Source of the DNA: an uncultured Acidobacteriota bacterium
Lineage (GTDB): Bacteria; Acidobacteriota; UBA6911; RPQK01; JAPXNP01
DNA: 64,000 nt
Direction of reading: 5' to 3'
NCBI GenBank assembly: GCA_963777605.1
Contig: CAVZRV010000030.1
Coordinates: 256,001 to 320,000, forward strand
The notes beneath the pieces were generated by a model that was given only the letters and a program-made list of their open reading frames with translations, did not search any database and had not been told where the DNA came from. Shown here one piece after another: positions 9,058 through 20,528 of the stretch. How positions within the stretch are numbered: the first letter of the stretch is position 1; each line of letters begins with the position of its first letter. The position numbers were made by a program, and so were the translations under genes.

Positions 9058-9188
9058 TCCCGGCTCCGGATCTCCGCCAGGCGAGCCGCTGCCCTCCTCA
9101 GATGGGGAAATGTCGGGTTCTCTGAGTCGAAGATCAGCGGGTTCATCTTCTCCCTGAATTCTTCGAACGCGTCCTGCGTCGGGCTCAT
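9054..9188 (-). pseudogene. 44-codon ORF resembling an internally deleted carboxymuconolactone decarboxylase/AhpD-family gene
   Basis: MSPTQDAFEEFREKMNPLIFDSENPTFPHLRRAAARLAEIRSRE*. It has ATGA overlaps with both the glgA stop and the hslR start. Confidence 0.5.
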
Positions 9189-10423
9189 TTTCGAGCGTCC
9201 TTCATCTTGAATTTCCGTGACACCTCGTCATAGAGATTGAGGGTGCGCTCCGCGATCGCCGGCCAGGAAAAGTGTTCTTCCACGCGCTTGCGGCCGGCCT
9301 TGCCCATGGCATTGCGGCGTTCCTTGTCAGCGAGGAGAGCGTTGACGGCATCGGCCAGGTCCCGCGAAAAACGTTCCGGGTCCCGAGGTTCGAAAGTCGG
9401 TGCTCCGAGACTTTCGAAGGGCACCAGGACACCGGTTTCTCCATCCGCGACTGCCTCGGGAATCCCTCCGACGCGGCTGGCCACAACCGGGCACCCGGCC
9501 GCCATTGCTTCGAGGTTGATGATCCCGAACGGTTCGTATATCGAGGGACAGACAAACAACTGGGCTCCGCTGTAGAGTCGGACGAGGTCCGGGATGGGGA
9601 CCATTTCGCGGACCCAGTGAACCCCCTCGCGGTGTTCCTGGAGGGCTCGAACGGCGGCCTCCATTTCCCGGCCGATCTCGTCGGTATCGGGTGCCCCGGC
9701 GCACAGGACAGCCTGGACATCGGGCGTCACGTGCTGCAGTGCCCGAACCAGGTGGACGACCCCTTTCTGACGAGTGATTCGTCCAACGAAAAGGATGTAG
9801 GGCCGGTCGGTCGGAATGCCGAAACGGGCCAGGGCTGGTCCGGGATCCCGGGGACGGAACTGCTCGATATCCACTCCGTTGTGAATCACGTGAACGCGTT
9901 CAGGATCGGGCGAATAGACCTCCAGAATTTCATTGCGGGTACCCTTGGACACGGCAATGATGGCATCGGCGGCGTGAATCGCCGTGCGCTCAATCCAGCG
10001 CGATAGGTCATACCCCCGGCCGAGTTGCTCTTCTTTCCAGGGGCGAAGAGGCTCCAGCGAGTGCGTCGTCAGGACCAGTGGAATCCCGTAGAGCAACTTG
10101 GTCCAGAGTCCGCCCATCATGCTGTACCAGGTGTGGCAGTGAACCACGTCGGCATCCACAGGCAAGGCTGCGGCCGCCAGGTTGACGCCCAGTGGACTCA
10201 GTGCCTTTCGGAGACGGGGATCGGTCTGCTCGAGGGCCTGGTCCCAGGTGCCGAGTCCCGTGACTTTGGGGCTATCCGGTCCCCCGGACTCCTGCTGGTC
10301 TCCAAAGGAGCGGACCTCCACTTCTGCAAGACGAGCCATTTCAGCCGCCAGGTGCTCCACGTGGACACCGGCTCCGCCGTAGATGTAGGGAGGGAATTCG
10401 CGCGTCAGGTAAAGTACTTTCAT
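9185..10423 (-). CDS. glgA: GT4 glycogen synthase, Corynebacterium/GlgM type
   Basis: MKVLYLTREFPPYIYGGAGVHVEHL, HSLEPLRPWKEEQLG, FVGRITRQKG and YEPFGIINLEAMA. Confidence 0.9.
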   Translation of the reverse strand: MKVLYLTREFPPYIYGGAGVHVEHLAAEMARLAEVEVRSFGDQQESGGPDSPKVTGLGTWDQALEQTDPRLRKALSPLGVNLAAAALPVDADVVHCHTWYSMMGGLWTKLLYGIPLVLTTHSLEPLRPWKEEQLGRGYDLSRWIERTAIHAADAIIAVSKGTRNEILEVYSPDPERVHVIHNGVDIEQFRPRDPGPALARFGIPTDRPYILFVGRITRQKGVVHLVRALQHVTPDVQAVLCAGAPDTDEIGREMEAAVRALQEHREGVHWVREMVPIPDLVRLYSGAQLFVCPSIYEPFGIINLEAMAAGCPVVASRVGGIPEAVADGETGVLVPFESLGAPTFEPRDPERFSRDLADAVNALLADKERRNAMGKAGRKRVEEHFSWPAIAERTLNLYDEVSRKFKMKDARK

Positions 10424-10612
10424 TGGAAAGGAATCATACCATCGGCGGCTATGACCCGACCGCAGCGTCCCGATACGGCCGGGGGCGGGCCGGGCTCGAA
10501 ACTCAGGGTAGGACACGCTTCCAGCTTGTCGCCGTGACCGAAGCCACCCAACGGGAAACTTCATCCCCGGATGGACTGGAAAAACTGGAAGAACTGGCGC
10601 AGGCGGGTGCGG

Positions 10613-10755
10613 TGTAATCCGGGCAGCCGTGCCTGGTATGTCGCCCGGGCAGCTTGCCCGGCGATTTGAACTGCAGTTGAAGACCTGGAACTGAAACGCG
10701 AAGTCGTGAAGGACGCCAACGTCCCTTTGTTTTGGAAACAATAGAAGGCTTTTCG
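10613..10755 (+). repeat. R2 module followed by partial R1 module
   Basis: GTAATCCGGGCAGCCGTGCCTGG...CCCGGGCAGCTTGCCCGGCG, then TGAAACGCGAAGTCG...GGAAACAA. Confidence 0.65.
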
Positions 10756-10757
10756 TC

Positions 10758-12452
10758 CTACCGAAGGGGTTCCTCCTGGAGTTCGCTGCCTTCGGTCAAG
10801 CGATAGTGGTGGTCGGCGGGAACATCACGAAGGGTCCGGACCTTGCCATCCGGCCATCGGATATGGATCGCCTCGACACTGCTGCAGGCTCCGAGCCCGA
10901 AATGCGCCCGCGGGTCACTCGCCGAATAGATGCCTACGGTTCGTTTGATCTCCCAGACCTGTGAAAGGCCATCGCATTTCAGATCGATTCGGGCTCCGAT
11001 GGCGTCCCGGTTGGATGAGGTCCCATTCAGCCTGAGCATGATCCAGTGGTTGGAATCGGTCCGGTCGGCTCTCAGGAGGCGGGGTGAGCCGTTCAGTTGG
11101 GCAAGGAGCAGGTCGATGTCGCCGTCGTTGTCGTAATCCCCGAAGGCGGCGCCGCGGCCCACCATCCGGGTTTGGAAGTCGGGGCCGACCTGGCTGGAGA
11201 CATCCTGGAACGTTCCGTCCTTCTTGTTGAGATAGGCTGAGCAGGGCATTTCCAGCACCTCGGCCTTGTCGGAGTGAGCCAGGTATGGGTAGACATGGCC
11301 GTTGGAGTGGACGATGTCTTTCCATCCGTCGAGGTTCACGTCAACAAAGCGGGTTCCCCAGGCAACCAGAAGCCACTCCGGATCTTTCAGTCCGGCCAGG
11401 GCCGAGACGTCGGTGAACAGCAACTCACCTTCATTGTGATAGAGCGTGCTGTAGTCCGACGCGAAGTGGGTCATGAAGAGATCGAGGAGGCCGTCGTTGT
11501 CGTAGTCGGCGGCATCAATGCCCATGCTGGCCTGCTCATTGCCGTCGCCGCTGACGGCAACGCCGGAGATGAACCCCATCTCCTCAAAGTGGCCGCTGCC
11601 GTCGTTGACGTAGAGGTAGTTGGGGGTGGCATCGTTGCCGACGACCAGGTCCGGATCGCCGTCATTGTCGAGGTCGGCCCAGACGACCCCAAGGCCGAAG
11701 TAGCGCCCGCGATCCCGGACGCCGGCCGCATCGGTGACCTCCTCGAAAGTGCCGTCTCCGCGGTTCCGAAAGAGGTGGTCCTCGGCCCCCCGAAGTCCGC
11801 GCGGGCCGCACAGAACCGGGACACCCAGGTAGGTGCAGTCGGCGGTCTTTGGCGGCAGCCGGGTCGGGTCGTAGTCGAGGTAGGCGGCCACGTAGAGGTC
11901 CAGGTCGCCGTCGCCGTCGGAGTCGGCGAATGCCGCCGAGGTGCTCCAGCCGTCGGCCTGGATACCCGCCTTCGCGGTGACATCGGTGAAGGTGCCGTCA
12001 CCGTTGTTCCGGTAGAGTCGGTCGGGACCGAGTTCGGTCAGGTAGACGTCCGGATCGCCGTCGTTGTCGTAGTCACCGAAGGTGACTCCCATCCCCCAGC
12101 GGTTCGAAAGGCCCGAACCGGCGGAGACGTCTTCGAACGTACCGTCGCGCCGGTTCCGAAAGAGGCCAGGTCTGACCGTCTTTCCGGCCAGGTAGTCGGC
12201 CACCGTGGAACCCTGAACGATCAGAATGTCGAGCCAGCCGTCACCGTCGTAATCGAAGAAACCGATTCCACCGCCCTTGGTTTCGAAGATGTAATCTTTC
12301 TGATCGGCTTTCCCGCTGACGTGCTGGAACCGGATTCCGGCCTGCGCGGTGACGTCAACGTAGCGGGGTATCCCGTCAGTGGAGGCTGAAGCGGCGATGG
12401 CGAGAGAACAGTACAAGAATCCCAAGAAGGTAGCAGTAGACACAAACCTCAT
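10758..12452 (-). CDS. CRTAC1/ASPIC-UnbV family FG-GAP repeat protein, secreted
   Basis: Signal peptide, repeated DYDNDGDxD calcium-binding motifs, SNRDAIGARI and a C-terminal AHFGLG...IRWPDG. Confidence 0.92.
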   Translation of the reverse strand: MRFVSTATFLGFLYCSLAIAASASTDGIPRYVDVTAQAGIRFQHVSGKADQKDYIFETKGGGIGFFDYDGDGWLDILIVQGSTVADYLAGKTVRPGLFRNRRDGTFEDVSAGSGLSNRWGMGVTFGDYDNDGDPDVYLTELGPDRLYRNNGDGTFTDVTAKAGIQADGWSTSAAFADSDGDGDLDLYVAAYLDYDPTRLPPKTADCTYLGVPVLCGPRGLRGAEDHLFRNRGDGTFEEVTDAAGVRDRGRYFGLGVVWADLDNDGDPDLVVGNDATPNYLYVNDGSGHFEEMGFISGVAVSGDGNEQASMGIDAADYDNDGLLDLFMTHFASDYSTLYHNEGELLFTDVSALAGLKDPEWLLVAWGTRFVDVNLDGWKDIVHSNGHVYPYLAHSDKAEVLEMPCSAYLNKKDGTFQDVSSQVGPDFQTRMVGRGAAFGDYDNDGDIDLLLAQLNGSPRLLRADRTDSNHWIMLRLNGTSSNRDAIGARIDLKCDGLSQVWEIKRTVGIYSASDPRAHFGLGACSSVEAIHIRWPDGKVRTLRDVPADHHYRLTEGSELQEEPLR

Positions 12453-12509
12453 TTAGATGACTATTCTGGGAAATTTCCCCTGTTCCGCGCAAGTTCTGCG
12501 CTCCGAGAC

Positions 12510-12792
12510 TTGGAGAGCGGAAGCGAGAGCTTCCGCTCTTGAATCCTGGCCCGCCTGGGAAACGAAAGTTTCCCCCGTGCTGACGCAGGGCGGGAAAATT
12601 CTCCATCCGTTTCACCCGACCGCCCCCTCGTGTGGGAATTTCGAACGTCGAATTCGAATCTCGAAGTTGAAGTTCGTTACCGAAGTGCGAAGTGCGAACG
12701 GATGGAGGCAACAGAAGCTTTCGCTTCCTGACCCCGACCGGCGCCGACCCTCGACCGGCAAAAGCGGAAGCTTTCGCTTCCGGCACTCCAAA
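12510..12792. repeat. REP-like palindromes (family R3) and heptamer repeats
   Basis: AGAGCGGAAGCGAGAGCTTCCGCTCT, AAAGCGGAAGCTTTCGCTTCCGGCACTCCAAA, and CGAAGTG/TTCGAA iterations; related to 29175-29260. Confidence 0.65.
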
Positions 12793-12797
12793 ATAGG

Positions 12798-12828
12798 AAA
12801 GGCGCCGGCGGCAAGCCGGCGCCTTTTT
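12798..12828. terminator. Intrinsic terminator downstream of TBDR copy B
   Basis: AAAGGCGCCGGC-GGCAA-GCCGGCGCCTTTTT. Confidence 0.8.
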
Positions 12829-12851
12829 AAGAGCAGGTTTCAGGCTGAGGC

Positions 12852-15800
12852 TTAGAAGTCGTACCTCAGGCCGAACTGCATGACCCGCGGCGAGCCCTGA
12901 ATTTCGACGATGTTCCCAAAGGAAGGAGCCGGGGTCCCGATCTGAGGATCGGGTTGCGTGCCCCACCCGTCGCGGGAGTAATTCGGGGCACCGAGGCGCT
13001 GGGTGTTCGTCGCATTGAAGACTTCCCACCGGAAGGTCAAAGCATGACCCTCCGCGTAGGGCATGACGAATCGCTTGTGCAGGCCGAAGTCCAAAGCGAA
13101 GTAACCCGATCTGCGCAGAACGTTCCGGTCTCCCGTTTCCCCTGCCATGGGATCCCGGTAACTGTTGTAAGTGTACTGGGGATCGGGTGTTATGTTCGGA
13201 TGGGCCCCGGACTTGGTGGGATTGATCTTGGGGTCTCGGAGCCGGACATTAAAGCTCTGGACATTCCAGTTGGTCGACCACTTGCTACCCTCAATGGGCG
13301 AATCGATGGGCAGTCCTGAATTCCAGCGAAGGATCCCACTGAACCCCCAGCCGCCGAGAATGGCATCGGCCACACCGGACATGTCCGATCCAAAGGCGCG
13401 TCCCCTGCCGAACGGCAGCTGCCAGAGCCAGTTTGCGTTGAAGATGTGCTTGATGTCGAAATCGGACACCGAATAGCCGTCATCGATTCGGAGAGGATTC
13501 AGCACCAGGGCCCCGTAGTTGTAGCCGTAGGTGTTCTGCAACCCCGAGGCGTTGTCCATCGACTTGCTGAATGTGTAGTTCACGTCGAAGGTCAACTGGT
13601 CCTTGAACCGCTGCCTAAATGACATTGCCATCCCGTGATAGTCGGATTTCGCGATGGTGCTCCAAGTCGAGAGCGCTCCGTATTGCGGGTGGAAGAACAT
13701 GTTCGGATAAATGCCGTCGTAATTCAGAATGTACTGGTTGAAGGTCCAATCGACAGAATCCCAGCCGTCACGAGCTGCCATACAGTAAACGTTTTGCGTC
13801 ACCGTCAGGTTGGGATCGCACTCCCACGTCGCATAGGGGAAGAGGTTCTCGAAGTAGGGGATCATCGGTGCCTGGTCGATCGGGGACATCATGGATCCGC
13901 CAGTCGTAGAGCGTCGCGGCCGCCGTGTACCAGTCGGTACCTGATTTCGGGTCAACCATGTTGTTGAAATGCATCACGTCCCGCGTGGCCATCAGGTCGC
14001 GAGCCTTACGGCCAATGTAGGAGACTTCGAAATACATTCCTCCCGGCAAATCCCGGCCAACCGATGAGGTTCCAGTTGTAGTTGACCGGCGTCGTGATCG
14101 TTGAATCAAGCGACTGCTCAATCTGAAGGCTGTCATCCTCCGGCCGGGACAGCGGAAATGAAACTGAATCGGTCAGATCCATCCGGGGAAGGTCCCGAAT
14201 GTTCTGGTCGAAACCGGTAAAGAGGGGTCCGGGCCGATCGGTGCCATTGAAAGTGTTCGGGCCGATGTTGGAGGAATAGACGAAACCGAGCGTGTTGTTG
14301 AGGTCCCAATTTACCGCCATGGCACTCCCAACACGGTCGTACATCATGGAAAATCCGCCGCGAATGACGGACTCGCCATTCGCACCGAAGATCTTCCTCA
14401 GGATCCCATCTTCGAAGGACGGAGTGTACGCAAAGGAAATCCGTGGCTGGAAATTATTCCAGTCGGTGTCATACCATCCCTTGCGTCCGTAATAGGGTCC
14501 CGCGAGATCCACTGAGATCGGATCATTGTAAGGGATGCCTGCCTTCATGCCCTTAACTCGGAGGTCGAAGAATTCACCCAGGGGCAAAGTGGGCGCGACC
14601 TCGTATCCGCTGGTCTCATTGACCGGCGTGTTGAGGCTCCACCGCAATCCAAGGTTCAGAGTCAGTTTGTCGGTGGCCTGCCAGGTGTCCTCAAAATAGA
14701 GTTCGTATTCTTCCGTCGCGAACTGCGCGACCGGTAGGAGTCCCACTTGGCAGGATCTTCCCGTCAACGCCATACGTTCCGTAAGCAGAGTACTGGGTAT
14801 AGCGCCCCAGGAGATTGGTGAACGCGGTACGAATCGCGTCGCGGAGACCGTTCTCGTAATCGCCGATCACATCCATCGCATCCCCTGAATTGGCATAATA
14901 CGAGTTGATTCATAGAGGCATTATCGTAAGCACTCGCATAGCTTTGCCGGTTGTTGTCGATCAGCCTGATGTTGGTTCCGAATTGGAAGGTGTGATTGCC
15001 GACGATCCACGAGGTGTCGTTGGTGATGTTGTGAAGCGGCGTCGTCCGGGACAGCGTGGTGGATTCACTGGTCGGGTAGTAAACGAACCGGAAGATGATG
15101 TCATTGCCGAACAGGTCACCGCCATTCGTGAAAGCCTGGCGGGTGAGCCCGTACCTGAAAGTATTGATCACCGTCGGCTTGAGATTCCAGGTGTGGCCGA
15201 CAGCGAATGCCGATGGGATGGGTCCAGAGCTGCAGGAGAAGCGGTGTCGGGAAACCACTGGGCTTGGGCTTCCCGGTCCCACTGATAATTCGCGCGGATG
15301 AAGATGGAGTGCCTGTCATTGGGGAGGATGTCCATCTTGGCGATGTAAGTGTTGAAATCGAGAGGCAAAGCAGCGTTGAATCGATACCCGCCGGTGTTGA
15401 GCCCGTCGCCCTCGCCACTGTCATTTGCGGGATAGCGCGCCGCGGCGTCGCGCAGAGCGGCAACAGCGTAACGGATTCACTCCGCCCAGTTCAGGGAAAA
15501 GTGCCTCGATGTCGGCGGGACCAAGCTCAATAAGTTCACCCGCCGAATTGCGGTAGCGCATCTTTCCCTCGCCCATATGGGCAAGCGGGACAACCTGCAG
15601 TTGCGTCTCCTGCTTTCGGTCCTTGCGTCCCTCGTAATTGAAGAAGAAGAACACTTTGTCCTTCTTGATTGGACCGCCAATGGTGCCACCGAACAGGTTC
15701 CGAATCAGAGCGGGCCGTTCCTGACCGATGCGGTTGTTAAAGAAGTCGTTGGCGGTGGTGACGGTGTTTCGGTGATACTCGTAGGCCGACCCGTGAAACT

Positions 15801-16521
15801 CATTGGTTCCGCCCTTGGTCACCAGGGATACCTGGGCCCCGGATGAGCGGCCCTGAGAGCCCGTCGGGTTGGAAGTAGTGACACGGAATTCCTGGACCGA
15901 ATCGGGCGTCACCCGCAGCACCGACTCGAACGCCGTTCCCTGCTGCTGCTCGTTGACGTCGATTCCATCGAGCGTCAGGTTCGACTGGTCGCTTCTTGCC
16001 CCAGACACGTAGCCGGCCTCGGTAACGCCGGTCTGAAGGCTCAACAATGAATAAACGTTTCGAGCGTTCAGTGGGAGATCGACGATCTGCTCGGTGTTGA
16101 AGGCATTTCCAATTGAGCCGTCAATTTCGTTCATCAGCTTCTGGGTCGAACCCGAAACCGTGATGATCTCAGAGACTGAACCCAGTTCCAGCTGCAGCGT
16201 GAGCGAGCGCGGCGTGTCCACCTGCAGGCGGATGTCGTTCTGTTCCAAAGTCTTGAATCCCGGCAACTCGGCTCTGAGGTTGTAGAGTCCGGGCGGCAGC
16301 ATGAGAAACCGGAAGCGACCTTCGCTGTCGGTCACGCCTGCACGTTCGTTGCTGTTGGCCTGATTGGTCAGCGTAACATCGGCACCCGGAACCACGGCTC
16401 CCTGCGGGTCGACGAGGACGCCGGTCAATTCTGTGGTTTGGGCCAGCAGCGGGGATTCTGCGAGTAATGCCAGGAAAAGCACCACCCCCAACAGGACCAG
16501 TAACTTCTTCGAACCAGTCAT
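12852..16521 (-). CDS. Oar-type TonB-dependent receptor copy B (about 7 apparent +1 frameshifts; sequencing errors or pseudogene)
   Basis: The fragments align co-linearly with paralog 16704-20364: carboxypeptidase-like N-terminus, SVQEFRVTTSN, GRSSGAQVSLVTKGGTN and C-terminal PRVMQFGLRYDF. Confidence 0.85.
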
Positions 16522-16645
16522 AATCTCCTCCACCCTTCCGGTTGACAGTTTCGAAAAGTCCGAACTTTTGAATAAAAATCTTTGTTGGCAATGATTTAAC
16601 AGGTCTTGGGGAAATTATCAATAGTTTTGATCGAACACTCCAAAC

Positions 16646-16678
16646 AAAAAAAGGCGCCGGCTGACAGCCGGCGCCTTT
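16646..16678 (-). terminator. Intrinsic terminator downstream of TBDR copy A
   Basis: AGGCGCCGGC-TGACA-GCCGGCGCCT hairpin with a U-tract on the minus strand. Confidence 0.85.
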
Positions 16679-16703
16679 CTGGAAACAGGTTCGAAGGTGA
16701 GGC

Positions 16704-19700
16704 CTAGAAGTCGTACCTCAAGCCGAACTGCATAACTCGCGGCGCACCCTGGATACTGGTGATGTATCCGAAAGTGGGCGCGATGGCTCCAATCTGGGGA
16801 TCCGGTGCGGTGCTGTAGGCACCCTCGGACCCGGACGGGAAACCCAGCCGCTGGGTATTGGTCGCGTTGAAGACTTCCCATCGGAACGTCATCGAGTGAC
16901 CTTCGGCATAGGGCATCCGGAAACGCTTGCTCAGGCCGAAGTCCAGCGCAACGTATCCCTGTCTCCGGAGCACGTTGCGGTCTCCGCTTTCACCGGCCAT
17001 GGCGTCACGGAAGCTGTTGTACGCGTACTGCGCATCCTCGAAGAAGTTGGGATGATCGCCGCTCTTGGTCGGAGAAACCTTCGGGTCGCGAATCCGGGTA
17101 GCATAGCTGCTCAGCTGCCAGTTGGTGGCCCAACGGCCTGCCTCGGACGGGCTGCTCACGGGCAGGCCCGAGTTCCAGCGGAAGATGCCGTTGAATCCCC
17201 AACCGCCCAGGATGGCATCGGCCACACCCGACATGTCGCTTCCCCAGGTCCGGCCGCGGCCGAAGGGCAGCTGCCAGAGCCAGTTGGCATTCAGCATCTG
17301 CTGAGTGTCGAAGTCGGACACCGAATAGAAGTCATTCAGCCGGAGCGGGTTCAGGATGAAGCCTGAGCCGTACGCCCCTTCGTTTTGGAGCCCTGAAGCG
17401 TTGTCCATTGACTTGCTCCAGGTGTAGTTCACGTCGAAAGTGAGGGAATCGCGGAAACGCTGTCGGAAGCTCACCGCCAAGCCGTGATAGTCAGACTTCG
17501 AGATCGTGCTCCAGGTGGAGAGGGCTCCGTACTGAGGCTGGAAGAACATGTTGGGATAAATCCCATCATAGTTTAGATACGACTGCAGATAGGTCCAGTC
17601 CAGAATGTCGTAACCATCGCGAGATACGAAGGAGAAAATATTCTGGGTCGGAGTGAGCGTGTCGTCCCAGTACCAGGTGGCATAGGGGAACAGGTTGTCG
17701 AAGAACGGGATGCTCGACATCTGATCGATCGGCGTGTTGTTGACCCGGTTGTAGTACAACTGGGCCGCCGCCGTATAAAAGTCAGTTCCCGATTGAGGAT
17801 CGACCAGGTTGTTGAAATGCATGATGTCCCGGGTGGCCATCAGGTCCCGAGCCTTCCGGCCGATGTAGGAGGCTTCGATGTACATCCCACCAGGGAGATC
17901 CCGCCCCACAGAGAGGTTCCAGTTGTAGTTGACTGGCGTGGTAATCGTCGAATCCAGAGAACTTTCAATAAGCAGTCCATCATCGGCAGGCGCCTGCAGA
18001 GGAAAACGGACTGCGTCCGGGAGCGACGCCCCTGGGAGGTCCCGAACGTCCTGATTGAACCCGGTGAACAATGGGCCCGGGCGGTCTGTCACGTTGAAAG
18101 CGTTCGGCGATGTGGTGTCACTGTAGACGAAGCCGAGGGCGTTGTTGAGGTCCCACGTAACTGCCATGGCACTCCCGATACGGTCATACATCATGGCAAA
18201 GCCGCCCCGGATCACCGACTCGCCCTTGGAACCGAAGATCGTCTTCAGGATTCCCTCTTCGAACTGGGGCGTGTAGGCAAATGAAACCCGGGGAGCGAAG
18301 TTGTTCCAGTCGGTTTTGTACCAGCCCGGACGATTGTAATAGGGTCCCGACAAGTCAACCGACACGAGCTCATTGTACGGAACACCCTTTTTCATACCTT
18401 CGACGCGACGGTCAAAATAGTCACCGAGGGGTACGGTCGGCGCGACCTGGAAGCCAGTGGTCTCGTTGACCGGGGTATTGACGCCCCACCGAATTCCGAA
18501 ATTCAGCGTCATCCGGTCGGTAGCCTGCCAGGTGTCCTCCATGTAAAGGTCGATATTCTTGGGTGGCAAACTGGCGATCGGTGGGAGTTCCACTCCCCAA
18601 GAGGTCGCCGTTAATACCGTATGTGCCGTTGGCGCTGTATTGAGTATAACGCCCCAGCAGGGCCGTGAATGCGTTCCGGAGCGGGGCCTTCAAGCCCGAT
18701 TCGTAATCATCGAGTACGTCCGTCGCGCTCCCTGAACTCGCATAGTAAGAAGGGTTCGTCGTCGCGTTATCGTAAGCGGATGAGTAACTCCGCCGGTTGT
18801 TGTTGATCAGCCGGATATTGGTCCCGAACTGAAGCGTGTGATCACCGACGATCCAGGAAGTATCGTTGGTGAAGTTCTGCAGCGGCGTCGTCCGTGAAAG
18901 ACTGTAATCGGCGTTGTTCTCATAGTAGACATTCCGGAACGAGATGTCGTTGTCAAACTGGTCGCCGCCATTGGTGAATCCCTGCCGGGTGATTCCATAA
19001 CGAAACGTGTTGATCAACGTCGGGGTGATGTTCCAGGTGTGGCCGACTGCGATCCCAATCGGGTGCGTCCAGAGGCCGGGCGAGACGGTGTCAGGCCAGT
19101 ACTGGGCCTGGCTCTCGTGGTCCCACTGATAGTTAGCCCGGATGAATAAGGAATGCTTATCGCTCGGGAGGATGTCGATTTTCGCGATGTAGGTGTTGTA
19201 ATCGAGCGGTAGCCCCGCGTTGAAGCGGTAGGCGCCGATGTTCAGGTTGTCGCCGTCACCGGTGTCGTTTGCCGGCAGGCGAGAGGCGATGTTCTTAAAT
19301 GCTGCCGCGGCCAGGGGGTTCACGCCGCCTACGTCGGGAAAGAGCGCCTCGATGTCTGCTGGGCCCAACTCGATCATTTCGCCGGCGCTATTCCGGTAGC
19401 GCATCTTCCCCTCACCCATGTGAGCCAGGGGAACAGTGTGAAGCTGGGTTGCCTGCTTGCGGTCTTTGCGGCCCTCGTAATTGAAGAAGAAGAAGACCTT
19501 GTCCGTCTTGATCGGCCCGCCGATGGTGCCACCGTACAGGTTTCGGATCAGAGCGGGGCGATCAACTCCAACGCGATTGTTGAAGAAGTTGTTGGCCGTC
19601 GTGACGGTGTTCCGGTGGTACTCATAGGCCGAACCATGGAACTCGTTGGTCCCGCCCTTGGTAACCAGCGAAACCTGGGCGCCGGAAGAACGGCCCTGCG

Positions 19701-20364
19701 AACCGGTGGGGCTCGAAGTCGTCACGCGGAATTCCTGAACCGAGTCCGGGGTTACGCGCAGGACGGATTCAAAAGCGGTTCCCTGCTGCTGCTCGTTAAC
19801 GTCGATACCGTCGAGCGTCAAGTTTGACTGGTCGCTTCTGGCACCCGACACGTAACCGTCTTCGGTAACACCGGTCTGAAGGCTCAGCAATGAATAAACG
19901 TTTCGGGATTCCAGGGGGAGATCGACGATCTGTTCGGTGTTGAAGGCATTTCCGATTGAGCCGTCGATTTCGTTCATCAGCTTCTGGGTCGAACCCGAAA
20001 CCGTGATGATCTCAGAGACTGAACCCAGTTCCAGCTGCAGCGTGAGCGAGCGTGGCGTGTCCACCTGAAGGCGGATGTCGTTCTGTTCCAAAGTCTTGAA
20101 TCCCGGCAACTCAGCTCTGACGTTGTAAAGTCCGGGCGGCAGCATGAGAAATCGGAAGCGGCCTTCGTTGTCGGTCACGACTGCACGTTCGTTGCTGTTG
20201 GCCTGATTGGTCAGCGTAACATCGGCACCCGGAACCACCGCCCCCTGCGGGTCGGTGAGGACCCCGGTCAGTTCCGTGGTCTGGGCCATCAGCGGGGACC
20301 CCGCCAATAAGGCCAGGAACAACCCAGCCCCCAACAATACGAGTACCTTCTTCGAACCAGTCAT
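16704..20364 (-). CDS. Oar-type TonB-dependent receptor copy A (one +1 frameshift at about 18552)
   Basis: ORFs 18421-20376 and 16704-18593 join at ATQEY/DLYMEDTWQ. GGAGGA RBS and C-terminal YDF. Confidence 0.9.
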
Positions 20365-20512
20365 AGTTTCCTCCACCCTTCCAGTTGACAGTTTCGAACA
20401 GTTCGGACTCTCCGCTGAGAGTCCTGAGAATGATCATCTAACAATTCGTGGGCAAATTAGCAACACCCTATAGCTAAACATCGCAGGCAAGAAACTACCC
20501 CCACCAAGCTCC

Positions 20513-20528
20513 TGCAATATCAGTACCA
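20513..20528 (-). promoter_or_regulatory. Sigma-54 (-24/-12) promoter for the TBDR genes
   Basis: TGGTAC-TGATA-TTGCA on the minus strand, about 150 bp upstream of the ATG at 20364. Confidence 0.65.
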
